From assembly GCA_963848445.1 (NCBI GenBank), contig CAWKDT010000001.1, positions 842,667 to 906,666 on the forward strand: a stretch of 64,000 nt of DNA, in the 5' to 3' direction. Below are positions 18,839-28,969 of the stretch, piece by piece. Source of the stretch: Candidatus Dormiibacterota bacterium (GTDB lineage: Bacteria > Chloroflexota > Dormibacteria > Aeolococcales > Aeolococcaceae). How positions within the stretch are numbered: the first letter of the stretch is position 1; the number at the start of each line of letters is the position of its first letter. A program made the position numbers and the translations under genes. The notes below the pieces were generated by a model that worked only from the letters and a program-made list of their open reading frames with translations, was not told where the DNA came from and did no database searches.

Positions 18839-21712
18839 GTGGCGCCTCCGAGATCACCGTCCCAGTGCGCAAGCGCGTCGCCACGCTGCGCCTCGAATCC
18901 CACCGCGAGGGTCTCCGCCTCGAGCCAGTCACGGTGCGCGTCGACCGCACGGCGCAGGTCGCCGTCGGCGTCGAACATCAGGGTGATGCGGTCCTCCACG
19001 CGCAGGCCCGCCTGCTTGCGCAGCTCATTCACCTTGCGGCTGATCTCGCGCGCCAGCCACTCGAGGCGGAGATCGTCGGTGATCGTCGTGTCGAGCACGA
19101 CACCGCCAGGCCCGCCCGCGGGGTCGGTGTAGCGCAGGCCCTTCACGTTGAGCTCCTCGGCGAAGATCGCCTCGAGCTCGGCGCTCAGGGGCGCGCTCGC
19201 AATGGTCGCGGTCGCCAGCGGCTGGCGCACCCTGACCCCCGCGGTGGTCCGGGCCGCGAGACCTTCCTCGACGAGCCTGCGCAGCCGGCTCATCTCGACG
19301 AGCACGTCCGGGTCACGCCACGCCCCCGCGACCTTCGGATAGTCGGTGAGGTGCACCGAGTTCGGGCACACCCGGCGTCAGCGGTGGATCGCCGTTGAAC
19401 CCGGTGAGATTCCGGTACATCCGCTCCGCGATGAACGGCATGAACGGCGCAACCAGACCGGCCAGCGTGACCAGCACCGTGTACAGGGTCGCGAACGCCG
19501 CCTGCGTGTCCTCGCCGGTCCCGGCGCTCTTCCAGAACCGTCGCCGCGAGCGGCGCACGTACCACTTCGACAGGTCCTCGACGAACGCCTCAACGATCTT
19601 GCATGCGTCCGATGCGTCGTACCGCTCCATCGCCTCGCGAACCCCGTCGACCGTCTCCGCGAGCCGCGACAGGCACCAGCGGTCAAGGACGGGACGCTCG
19701 AGGACCGCGGGCGCCGCCGACGCCGGGTCGTAGTCCTCGGTGAGCGCGTACGTCACGAAGAACGAGTACACGTTCCAGAGCGTCAGCATGAACAGGCGGA
19801 CGACATCCTGGAACGACGCGGGGCTCACGCGCAGCTCGGCGTTCTCCACGCCCTGCGCGTAGAAGTACCAGCGCGCGGCATCGGCGCCGAACTGATCGAA
19901 GATCGAGCCCGGCTCGATGACGTTCTTCCGCGACTTCGACATCTTCTTGCCCTGGCGGTCGAGGAGGGTGCCCACCACCACGCAGTTCCTGTACGCCGGC
20001 GAGTCGAAGAGCAGCGTCGACTCGGCGAGCAGCGAGAAGAACCAACCGCGTGTCTGATCGACGCCCTCGCAGATGAAGTCCGCGGGGTGCGTGCTCTCGA
20101 AGAGCTCCTTGTTCTCGAAGGGATAATGCTTCTGCGCGAATGGCATCGCGCCGGAGTCGTACCAGGCGTCGATGACGTCGGGCACTCGCCGCATCACGCC
20201 CTTGCACGCGGTGCAGGGCAATGTCACCGCGTCGATGAACGGACGGTGCAGGTCGTCGTCTGTCGTGAGCCCGACGTCGGCCGCGCTCCCCGCGCACACG
20301 CGCAGGTCGCATTCCTCGCACACCCAGATCGGCAACGGGGTGCCCCAGTACCGGCTCCGCGAGAGGTTCCAGTCGATCAGGCTCTCGAGCCAGTTGCCCA
20401 TCCGGCCGTCGCGGATGTGCGCCGGCTGCCAGTGCACGCTCCGGTTGTGCGCGATAAGACGGTCCTTGACGGCGGTGGTGCGGATGAACCACGACGTCAC
20501 CGCGTAGTAGAGCAAGGGTGTGTCACAGCGCCAGCAGAACGGATACGTGTGCAGGATCCGCTCCGCGCGATAGAGGTTTCCCTGCTCCCGAAGGTCGTCG
20601 ATGATCTTCGAGTCCGCGTCCTTCACGAACATGCCCCGGTACCGTGTCATGCCGTCGAGGAACCGTCCATCGAGGCCGACGACATGGCGGACCGTGACCC
20701 CCTTCCGCTGGCACAGCTCGAGGTCCGCGACGCCGTACGCGGCGGCGGTGTGGACGATGCCGGTGCCCTCGTCCATGCTGACGAGCTCCGGTGCGTCGAG
20801 CACGACGAACGCGAGCCCGTCGGGCAGCATGTCGGTGAACAGCGGCTCGTACGTGCGGTCGACGAGGTCCGAGCCCTGCATCTCGTCGAGGATCTCGTAG
20901 TCGCCCTCGAGCACCTCGAGCCGCTGCTTCGCGAGGATGTACAACTCGTCCCCCTGCGCGACGCGCACGTACGTCTTCCCCGGGTGCACCGCGAGGGCCA
21001 CGTTGCCGGGCAGCGTCCACGGCGTCGTGGTCCATGCGAGCAGGAAGGTCCTGCCGTCGGAGTCGTTGAGGCGGAACTTCACGTACACGGAGGGATCGGG
21101 CGTGTCCTCGCGGTAGCCCTGGCTGAGCTCGTGTGATGACAGGGTCGTCTGGCAGCGCGGGCAGTACGGCGTGACCTTGTAGCCCTGATAGAGCAGATCG
21201 TCGTCCCACAGCTCTTTGAGGCTCCACCAGACCGACTCGATGTACGTCCCGTCGTAGGTTCGGTACGGATGGTCGAAGTCGAGCCAGAACCCGAGACGCT
21301 CGCTCATCTCCCGCCACTGGTCGATGTACTCGTTCACCGATGCCTTGCAACGCGCGTTGAACTCGGCAATCCCGTATTCCTCGATCTGCTGCTTGCCGCT
21401 GATCTTCAGCGCGCGCTCGATCTCGAGCTCAACCGGGAGACCGTGCGTGTCCCAGCCCGCTTTGCGGGCCACCGAGAAGCCGGTCATCTGCTTGTACCGC
21501 GCGAACACGTCCTTGTACGAGCGGGCGAGCACGTGGTGCAGACCGGGCAGACCGTTGGCCGTCGGCGGTCCCTCGTAGAACACGTAGGGGGGTGCGGAGC
21601 GACGCATCTCGAGGCTGCGCTCGAACACGCGGGTGCGCTGCCAGAGGTCGAGGATCTCGAGCTCCGCGTCGGGGAATCCGGCGCGCGCGCTGACCGCTGA
21701 GTACCTGGGCAT
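18814..21712 (-). CDS. ileS: isoleucine--tRNA ligase, with an apparent frameshift near 19370-19410
   Basis: HIGH-class motif PPTANGLPGLHH and KMSKS motif KMSKSRKN. The C-terminal Zn-binding region (SVHLTDYP...) sits in a separate frame (ORF 18814..19371). Confidence 0.85.
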
Positions 21713-22445
21713 CAGCCAAGGATACCGGCAGACCGTTCGGGCTCGGACACGGGCGTGCGGTCAGCCGCGCGGGGTCGGCGAAGATCGCGCGGCCGACGCG
21801 AACCATGGTCGCGCCCTCCTCGATCGCGACCTCGAAGTCGTCGCTCATCCCCATGCTCAGCTCCGGCAGCGCCCATCCGGAGACGTGCTGCATGTGGTCG
21901 CGCAGGTGCCGCAGCCGCGCGAAGTACGGCCGCGCGCCCTCCGGGTCCTCCACCTGCGGTGCGATGGTCATCAAGCCCATGAGGTGCATCGAGGGAACGT
22001 TGACGAGCTCGTGCACGAGTTCCTCGACATCGGCCTCGGCGACTCCGTGCCGCGTCGGCAGCCCGGTCAAGTCGACCTCCACGAGCACGATCAGTGGATC
22101 GCGTCCCGCCGCCCGGTGGGTGGCGAGCGCCTCGGCGACGCGCTTGCTGTCGACGGAGTGCACGACGTCGAACAGGTGCGCGGCACGTCCGGCCTTGTTG
22201 GTCTGCAGATGGCCGATGAGGTGCCAGCGCGCAGCACCGGTCACCGCGTGCTGCTTCTCCTCCGCCTCCTGGACGCGGTTCTCGCCGATGTCGGTCGCAC
22301 CCGCGGCGATCGCCTCGTCAATGCGGTTCGCCGGCGTGCCCTTGGTCACGGCGACGAGCCGCACGCTGTCCGGCTCACGGCCCGACCGTTCCGCGGCGGC
22401 GGCCATCCGGGCCCGGACGGCCTCGAGCCGGCCTGCTACAGCCGC
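21429..22445 (-). CDS. yggS: YggS-family pyridoxal-5'-phosphate homeostasis protein. Homology ends near 21740, but the ORF runs on to 21429.
   Basis: VRLVAVTKG...ENRVQE...WHLIGHLQTNK...MGMSDDFEVAIEEGATMVRVGRAIF is the YggS/UPF0001 fold. The expected stop after ...AIFA is absent, and the ORF overlaps ileS by about 280 nt. This could be an indel artefact. Confidence 0.65.
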   Translation of the reverse strand, partial: AAVAGRLEAVRARMAAAAERSGREPDSVRLVAVTKGTPANRIDEAIAAGATDIGENRVQEAEEKQHAVTGAARWHLIGHLQTNKAGRAAHLFDVVHSVDSKRVAEALATHRAAGRDPLIVLVEVDLTGLPTRHGVAEADVEELVHELVNVPSMHLMGLMTIAPQVEDPEGARPYFARLRHLRDHMQHVSGWALPELSMGMSDDFEVAIEEGATMVRVGRAIFADPARLTARPCPSPNGLPVSLADAQVLSGQRARRIPRRGARDPRPLAAHPRVRAQPRDASLRTPLRVLRGTADGQRSARSAPRARPLVQGRVRAVQADDRLLGGPQSGLGHARSPG

Positions 22446-22449
22446 CACG

Positions 22450-22989
22450 TCACTTGCCCAGGTCGAGGGGCAGCTCGCGTCCGCTCGTGTCGCGGCGCTT
22501 GCGCGGCCTGCGGACGGTGTCGGGACGGGTCCCGGGCGGATGCGCGAGCACATCCTCGATGGTGGCGCGCATCTCCTGCGCGTCCTTGAACGAGCGGTAC
22601 ACCGACGCGAACCGGATGTACGCGATCTCGTCGAGCTCGCGAAGCCGCGACATCACGATGCCACCGAGCTCGCGGCTCGGCACCTCGGACACGTTCTGGC
22701 TGCGCAGCGTGTTCTCGATCTCCGCGACCATCAGCTCGAGCGTCGTCGGCGCGAGCCGCGTCTTCTTCGCCGCCATGACGAGCCCCGAGAGCAGCTTGGC
22801 ACGGCTGAACTCCTCGCGCCGTCCGTCCTTCTTGACGACGTACAGCGGCGGCACCTCGACGCGCTCGTACGTGGTGAACCGCTTGCCGCACGCAAGGCAT
22901 TCACGGCGTCGCCGTATCGCCTCGCCGGTCTCCGAGTCCCGCGAGTTGACGACCTTGATGTCCGTCTCACCACAGAACGGGCACTTCAT
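22450..22989 (-). CDS. nrdR: transcriptional repressor NrdR
   Basis: MKCPFCG...ECLACGKRFTTYE Zn-ribbon followed by an ATP-cone domain. Confidence 0.9.
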   Translation of the reverse strand: MKCPFCGETDIKVVNSRDSETGEAIRRRRECLACGKRFTTYERVEVPPLYVVKKDGRREEFSRAKLLSGLVMAAKKTRLAPTTLELMVAEIENTLRSQNVSEVPSRELGGIVMSRLRELDEIAYIRFASVYRSFKDAQEMRATIEDVLAHPPGTRPDTVRRPRKRRDTSGRELPLDLGK

Positions 22990-23019
22990 GGGCTCAGCCC
23001 CGGATATCCGGGTGCGGTG

Positions 23020-24126
23020 CTATCGACGGTCCCTGAGAAACGCCGGGATGTCCAGGTCGTCCACGTTGTAGGGGCCGGTCGGGCGCCCTCCGACGTTGAA
23101 CGCGGGCTGACGCTGCTCGGTCACCACCGGGCGAGCGGACGGCTCGTAGCTGAGGGTGCCGATGACATCGATCTGCCCGGTGAACCCGGTCGCGATGACC
23201 GTGATCTTCACCTCGCCCTTCATGTGCTCGTCGATGACGGTTCCGAAGATGATCTGGGCGTCGGGATCCGCCGACTCGCTGACCAGCTGGGCCGCCTCGT
23301 TCACCTCGTAGAGGGTGAGGTCCGGACCGCCCGTCACGTTGAGCAGGATGCCCTTGGCGCCGGCGATGGTGGTCTCGAGGAGCGGGCTCGCCACCGCATC
23401 CTTGGCGGCGTCGGCCGCACGGGTGTCACCGCTGCCGAACCCGATCCCCATGAGCGCCTGGCCCTGGCCCTGCATGATCGTCTTCACGTCGGCGAAGTCG
23501 AGGTTGATGAGGCCGGGGAAGACGATGAGGTCGCTGATGCCCTGCACGCCCTGCCGGAGCACGTCATCGGCAACCTTGAACGCGTCGCCGATCGGGGTCT
23601 TCTTGTCCACCACCTGCATGAGCCGCTCGTTCGGGATGGTGATCAACGTGTCGACGCGGCCCTGCAGGTTCGCGATCCCTTCCTCGGCGGACTTCTGGCG
23701 GCGCAGCCCCTCGAAGCGGAACGGCTTCGTGACCACACCGATTGTCAGCGCCCCCAACTCCTTGGCGATCTCCGCGATGATCGGCGCCGCTCCGGTGCCC
23801 GTGCCACCGCCCATGCCAGCGGTGATGAACACCATGTCGCTGTCGGCGAGCGCCTTGGTGAGCTCGTCGCGCGACTCCTCCGCGGCCTCCCTGCCCTTCT
23901 GAGGATCGCCACCGGCCCCGAGCCCGCGAGTCAGCTTGCCCCCGATGCGGAGCTTGAGGTGCGCCGACGACGCGGTGAGCGCCTGATGGTCGGTGTTGAT
24001 CGCGATGAACTCAACACCTTTGAGATTGCTCCGGATCATGCGATTCACGGCATTGCTGCCGCCGCCGCCGACCCCCACGACGCGGATGCGGGCGTTGCCT
24101 TCGAGTGTCCGGTCGAGGTCTGGCAT
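23020..24126 (-). CDS. ftsZ: cell division GTPase FtsZ
   Basis: [10 protein letters not shown] tubulin signature, [17 protein letters not shown]. Start chosen at MPDLDRT. Confidence 0.9.
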   Translation of the reverse strand: MPDLDRTLEGNARIRVVGVGGGGSNAVNRMIRSNLKGVEFIAINTDHQALTASSAHLKLRIGGKLTRGLGAGGDPQKGREAAEESRDELTKALADSDMVFITAGMGGGTGTGAAPIIAEIAKELGALTIGVVTKPFRFEGLRRQKSAEEGIANLQGRVDTLITIPNERLMQVVDKKTPIGDAFKVADDVLRQGVQGISDLIVFPGLINLDFADVKTIMQGQGQALMGIGFGSGDTRAADAAKDAVASPLLETTIAGAKGILLNVTGGPDLTLYEVNEAAQLVSESADPDAQIIFGTVIDEHMKGEVKITVIATGFTGQIDVIGTLSYEPSARPVVTEQRQPAFNVGGRPTGPYNVDDLDIPAFLRDRR

Positions 24127-24238
24127 GGCTATCTCCTCGCGTTGCCTGGGCGTTTCTCGGGTTGGGGGCGTGTGCGATGTCGTCCTGTGCCGGGCCAGCG
24201 CGTCACCCGGTTGATCGAGTCCGTGGGTGCGCAGATGG

Positions 24239-25477
24239 TCAAAAGAGCTCACGGAACCACCTCGAGAACTTGGCTCCGGTGGCGGCGGTGCCCTCCGAGC
24301 CCTTGGGGCTGGAGCGCGCCGGTTTGCGGCCGAGGTTGCTCCGTGCTCCCCAGCGCAGCAGGCCGACCACGGTCGCGTGGCTCGGTCCGCGGATCTCGTC
24401 GTTCATGCCGTGCAGCCCCTGGGGCGCGGCGACGCGCGCCGGCAGGTTGGTCTGCTGCTGCACCACCTCGGCGAAGCCGCGCAGGAGCGCCCCGCCGCCC
24501 GTGATCACGATGCCGCCCGGGAACATCCCGAGCGGTCCCGCCCGCTCGACCTCGTTGGCGATCAGCGACGCCATCTCGCGTGCGCGCGGACCGATGATCT
24601 CCGCGAGGTAGCGCTGCGGCACACCGACCGGTTCGTCGTACCCCATCGGGGTGAGGGTCACCTCGGCGTCGGCGGGCAGCGTCAGCTGCAGGCAGTGTCC
24701 GAAGTTGCGCTTCACCGTCTCAGCCGTCTCGAGATCGCAGCGGAGACCGACCGCGAGGTCCGCGGTGACGTGGTTGCCGCCGACCGGGATGACGCTCGTG
24801 TGCACGATGCTGCCGCGCGCGAACACCGCGATGTCGCTGGTGCCACCACCGACATCGACGACCACGACGCCACGCTCGATCTCGTCCTCGGTGACGACCG
24901 CCTCGGCGGAGGCGAGGATCTGCAGCACCATGTCATCGACGTTGAGCCCGGCCTTGTGCACGACCTTGACGACGTTCTGGATCGCCGTGTTCGCGCCGGT
25001 GATGATGTGCGCGTCGACCTCGAGGCGGATGCCCGCCATGCCGATCGCGTCGCGCACGCCTTCCTGACCGTCGATGGTGAACTGCTGGGGCAGGACGTGG
25101 ACGATGCGCCGCTCCGACGGCACGCTCACCGCGCGTGCGGCGTCGATGGCACGGTGCACGTCCTGGTCGCGCACCTCACGGTGACCGGCAGCGACCGCGA
25201 CGACGCCGCGGCTGTTCTGCGAGGTGATGTGCCCGCCGGCGATGCCGACCACCGCGGAGTCGATGGGCACTCCCGACATCTGCTCGGCCATGTCGACCGC
25301 CTCGGCGACCGCTTCGGCCGCGCGGTCGATCTCCACCACCGCGCCCTTGCGAACCCCCCTGGAAGCGACCATGCCGACGCCCAAGACACGGAGACCGGTG
25401 CTCTCAAGGTCGGCTGCGGCACAGCAAACCTTGGTGGTTCCGAGATCGAGTGCAAAGACGCGGCGGGGACGAGTCAC
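24239..25477 (-). CDS. ftsA: cell division protein FtsA
   Basis: Actin-like ATPase motifs ([27 protein letters not shown]). GTG start. Confidence 0.85.
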   Translation of the reverse strand: MTRPRRVFALDLGTTKVCCAAADLESTGLRVLGVGMVASRGVRKGAVVEIDRAAEAVAEAVDMAEQMSGVPIDSAVVGIAGGHITSQNSRGVVAVAAGHREVRDQDVHRAIDAARAVSVPSERRIVHVLPQQFTIDGQEGVRDAIGMAGIRLEVDAHIITGANTAIQNVVKVVHKAGLNVDDMVLQILASAEAVVTEDEIERGVVVVDVGGGTSDIAVFARGSIVHTSVIPVGGNHVTADLAVGLRCDLETAETVKRNFGHCLQLTLPADAEVTLTPMGYDEPVGVPQRYLAEIIGPRAREMASLIANEVERAGPLGMFPGGIVITGGGALLRGFAEVVQQQTNLPARVAAPQGLHGMNDEIRGPSHATVVGLLRWGARSNLGRKPARSSPKGSEGTAATGAKFSRWFRELF

Positions 25478-25777
25478 TGTGTCGGTCTCCGAGTGTAGCC
25501 GTCGCGGGTGTGCCCTACAAGCGTTTTGGGCGCAAAACCGCAAGATGCTGGGTTCGCGCGCCCAGTATGCCACAACATGTTGGTTGCCCCAAAGAGGCGG
25601 AACGTGCCTGTCCGGCCCATTCCGGCAAAGGGTGGCCGGAGGCCTCGCGCCTGCTCGCGCGAGGCCCAGACACGAGAACAGGGCCTCGCCACTGCACCTG
25701 GACGACGAGACCCTGTACGCCGCGGTCCCACGGGACCGGCGAGGCTGCGCAACCGTAGCACCGGTCGGCCGCGGCGT

Positions 25778-26824
25778 CTACGGTGCCTCGAGCACTATCT
25801 TCCCGCGCAGCTCTCCGCGCGCCATCTCGCCGAAGGCCGCACGCGCATCGTCGAGGCGATGCGTGGAACCGATGAGGGGGCGCAGCGCTCCTGTCGCGCA
25901 GAGATCGACGAGCCGGCGAAGCTCGCCACGGGTCCCCATCGTGCTCCCGGCGACCGTGATGTTGCGGAAGAAGATGCGGTTGAGCTGCGCCGGCGGATTC
26001 GGCCCCCCGGTCGATCCCGGCACCACGACGGTGCCGCCGGGGCGCACGGCGCGGAGGCTCAGGTCCCAGGTCGGCTCGCCGACGGTGTCGATCACCGCGT
26101 CGACGCCGATGCCGCCGGTGGCGCCGACGACGGCGCGAGCCGTCTCGCGCTCGACCGGATACGCGGCCTCGGCGCCGAGGTCCACTGCAAACGCTCGCTT
26201 GGCCTCGTCCCGCGAGGTCGCGTACACCGTGACCCCCGCGAGCCGGCAGAGCAGGATGCAGGCGGTCGCGACACCGCCGCTCGCACCCTGGACGAGCACG
26301 CTCATCCCGGGGCGGAGGCCGGCGCGCGTGAAGAGCCCGCGGTACGCGGTCAGGTACGCCGTGGGCAGGCACGCGGCCTCGGCGAAGCTCACCTGGTCGG
26401 GGATCGCGACGAGGTTCGCGGCGGGGACCTCGACGAACTCGGCAAAGCCGCCGGCCAGCGGGGGCTCGCTCAGCATGCGGAAGGAGCGGCACCCGAGCGG
26501 ATCGTCGCTGAGGCATGCCGGGCAGTGCCCGCAGGTCGAGATCGGGTACACGACGACCCTGGCTCCCACCGGCGGCGCTCCGGCCGGGGGATCGCCGCCA
26601 TAGCCGGCGACCTCGCCGGCGGCGTCGCAGCCGAGGATCTGAGGCGGGGTCACGGTCGCCGACGACACCCCCCGCAGCGTCCAGAGGTCGTGATGGTTGA
26701 GCGACGCGGCGCGCATCTTGACCAGCGCCCACCCGGGACGCGTCTCGGGCGCCGGCATCTCTCCGATGGCGAGGTTCGCGAGCGGGTCCTCGCCACCCAC
26801 CGCCGCCGCATACACCGCCAGCAT
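25778..26824 (-). CDS. zinc-binding alcohol dehydrogenase / quinone oxidoreductase family (MDR superfamily)
   Basis: GroES-like N-domain with CGHCPAC. Rossmann motif GASGGVATACILLCRLAG. Lies divergent to metF. Confidence 0.75.
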   Translation of the reverse strand: MLAVYAAAVGGEDPLANLAIGEMPAPETRPGWALVKMRAASLNHHDLWTLRGVSSATVTPPQILGCDAAGEVAGYGGDPPAGAPPVGARVVVYPISTCGHCPACLSDDPLGCRSFRMLSEPPLAGGFAEFVEVPAANLVAIPDQVSFAEAACLPTAYLTAYRGLFTRAGLRPGMSVLVQGASGGVATACILLCRLAGVTVYATSRDEAKRAFAVDLGAEAAYPVERETARAVVGATGGIGVDAVIDTVGEPTWDLSLRAVRPGGTVVVPGSTGGPNPPAQLNRIFFRNITVAGSTMGTRGELRRLVDLCATGALRPLIGSTHRLDDARAAFGEMARGELRGKIVLEAP

Positions 26825-26848
26825 TGGCGGACCGTAGCATGGTGCGCG

Positions 26849-27739
26849 ATGCGTCTCGATACCGTGCTTGAACGACGGCAGCAGCCGGTGTTCTCGTTCG
26901 AGTTCTTCCCCCCGAAGACCGACGACGGGGTGCGTCAACTGTTCGAGACGCTCTCGCATCTGCGCGAGCTCGAGCCGACCTTCGTGTCGGTCACGTACGG
27001 CGCCGGCGGATCGGTGCGTACACGTACCGTCGAGCTGGTCACTCGAATCCGGCGTGAGCTCGACATCGAACCGGTGGCGCACCTCACGTGCGTCGAGGCG
27101 ACCGTCGACGACCTCTGCGAGGTCCTCGACCGGCTCCGCGATTCGGGGATCGACAACGTGCTCGCGCTCCGTGGAGATCCACCCGACGGCGTCGAACGGT
27201 TCGTCGCCCCCGAGGGAGGGCTGGCGCACGGTAGCGACCTCATCGAGCTGATCGCGTCCAGGTACGGCTTCTGCGTCGGCAGCGCGTGCTATCCGGAGAA
27301 GCATCCCGAGTCGGCTGACGCTCAGGAGGATGTGCGCTCAGCGAAGCGCAAGGCCGATATGGGCGCGAGCTACCTCATCACCAACCTGTTCTTCGACAAC
27401 CGCCCGTACTTCGAATTCGTCGCGCGGGCGCGCGCCGCCGGCATCACCGTGCCGATCATCCCCGGCATCATGCCGGTGACCAACGTGAGCCAGATCAAGC
27501 GGTTCACGTTGAAGATCGGCGCGACGATCCCCGATGCCCTGCTCGAGGCGCTGCACTCGCGTCAGGATGATCCCGACGCCGTCCTGCAGCTCGGTGTGGC
27601 GTGGGCGACGCTGCAGTGCGCCGAGCTCCTGGCCGGGGGCGCCCCCGGCATCCACTTCTTCACGATGAACCGCTCGCCGGCGACGCGCGCCATCCTTTCG
27701 GCGCTGCGTGCCGCGCGGCCCTGGGATCGGGTGCGTTAG
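26849..27739 (+). CDS. metF: 5,10-methylenetetrahydrofolate reductase
   Basis: FSFEFFPPKT...VTYGAGGS...LTC...NVLALRGDPP...GIHFFTMN signatures of MetF. Confidence 0.85.
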   Translation: MRLDTVLERRQQPVFSFEFFPPKTDDGVRQLFETLSHLRELEPTFVSVTYGAGGSVRTRTVELVTRIRRELDIEPVAHLTCVEATVDDLCEVLDRLRDSGIDNVLALRGDPPDGVERFVAPEGGLAHGSDLIELIASRYGFCVGSACYPEKHPESADAQEDVRSAKRKADMGASYLITNLFFDNRPYFEFVARARAAGITVPIIPGIMPVTNVSQIKRFTLKIGATIPDALLEALHSRQDDPDAVLQLGVAWATLQCAELLAGGAPGIHFFTMNRSPATRAILSALRAARPWDRVR

Positions 27740-27755
27740 GTCCCGGGTCGAGCCG

Positions 27756-28883
27756 TCACGGGGATGGCGACGGAGAGGGGGACGCGGAGGGTGACGGCGA
27801 CGGGCTGACCGTGACGGTGCCCGCCGTCGGGCTTGCAGCGGGTGACGGTGAGGGCGTCGGACTGGGCGCGGGTGTCGGCGGCGGGACCGCCGAGGCTGCC
27901 GGCGACGGCTGCACCGCGGGAGCGATCGGCAGGAGCGCTGCGACCACCTCGGCGGGGAGCCCGGGAAGCCCGCCGCTCACCGGGTCGGCCGGGGCCTCGA
28001 CGTCGATGTACCCGAAGGACGGCTTCGCGAAGTCCAGACGGCCCTTGAGGGCGGCGAGCGTCTCGATCTGCGCCGGCAGGCCCGCGAGGGCAGCATCGGT
28101 GTCGAGGTGGCCGAGGACCACGCGCCACCCCGCGCTCGTCCAGAGGCTCACGACGTCGTCCGCACCCCAGAGATACGCCGCGACCGAGCACCCGAACACC
28201 CCGTGGAACCGCTGGGCGATCGTCCCGAGCAGCTGCACGAGCCGGGGGTCGAGCGCCTGGGGAGTCCCGGTGCGATCGTCGATGAGCACCGGGATGCCCC
28301 GCCGCGCCGCCGGCGTCGCATCGCTCCCCGGGAGGGTCGCGCCATCCGATGCGACCAGGGTGTCGGTCCCGTCACGGCGGATGCGCAGCATCGGGGCCCG
28401 CTCGACGACCGAGATGCGGACGGTGGCCGGCAGCTGCATGCTGACGACGGCGTTCTCGACCCACGGCAGGGCCAGGACGCGGCTCTGGATCGCCTCGCCG
28501 TTGACGGTGAAGATGCTCTCTTCGGGAACCTCGGCCGCTGCCACCACCGCGCCGGTGGTGAGCAGGTGGGTGCCGGTCACCGTCACCGAGCGGACCTGGA
28601 AGGTCGGCAGCGTCAGCGCGAGCCCCAGGAGCGTGAGCTGCACGACGAGCGCGGTGACCGCGACCACCCGCCGCCGCCAGGAGGTCCGCCGCCTCGCCGG
28701 CTGAGGCGTGGGCGGGGGCTGGACTCCCCGTCCGTGGCGTCGCCTGCGCTGCGATGGGTTGAGCCGCACGCCGGGGCTGACGGCCAACCGCCGAACCGGA
28801 CGCGACGCGTCGGCGATGAGCGCCGCCTGCGCGCGGACGAGGGCGACGTGGCGCGCCTCCTCGTCGAGCATGTCGCTGCTCAC
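27756..28883 (-). CDS. ftsQ: cell division protein FtsQ/DivIB with a low-complexity Pro/Ser/Ala C-terminal tail
   Basis: Single TM followed by POTRA-like and FtsQ-type domains (VRSVTVTG...PWVENAVV). Position is between ddl and ftsA. C-terminus is PSPSPSASPSPSPSP. Confidence 0.75.
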   Translation of the reverse strand: MSSDMLDEEARHVALVRAQAALIADASRPVRRLAVSPGVRLNPSQRRRRHGRGVQPPPTPQPARRRTSWRRRVVAVTALVVQLTLLGLALTLPTFQVRSVTVTGTHLLTTGAVVAAAEVPEESIFTVNGEAIQSRVLALPWVENAVVSMQLPATVRISVVERAPMLRIRRDGTDTLVASDGATLPGSDATPAARRGIPVLIDDRTGTPQALDPRLVQLLGTIAQRFHGVFGCSVAAYLWGADDVVSLWTSAGWRVVLGHLDTDAALAGLPAQIETLAALKGRLDFAKPSFGYIDVEAPADPVSGGLPGLPAEVVAALLPIAPAVQPSPAASAVPPPTPAPSPTPSPSPAASPTAGTVTVSPSPSPSASPSPSPSP

Positions 28884-28969
28884 GAGGCGCGGTCAGTACG
28901 GGAGGGACGGTGCATGGACGCAGGCTGAGATGTGTGGTGGAACGTCGCGGCCGCACGCGGCCCGCTCGA

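Noticed and set aside
19346-21136. A 596-aa plus-strand ORF antisense to ileS (and similar Arg-rich ORFs antisense to lhr, lon, priA and the mur genes throughout)
   Set aside because: Composition-driven. Absence of stop codons on the antisense strand is expected at this GC content. None has a domain signature.
21805-24504. An 899-aa plus-strand ORF antisense to yggS-nrdR-ftsZ-ftsA
   Set aside because: No recognisable domains, extreme Arg/Ala/Gly composition, and it lies opposite four well-supported genes. High-GC antisense artefact.
25508-27739. A 743-aa plus-strand ORF spanning the ftsA-ADH-metF region
   Set aside because: Only the last roughly 296 codons (26849..27739) match MetF. The upstream 450 codons are Arg/Ala-rich antisense translation of the ftsA and ADH genes, typical of spurious long ORFs in 70%-GC DNA.
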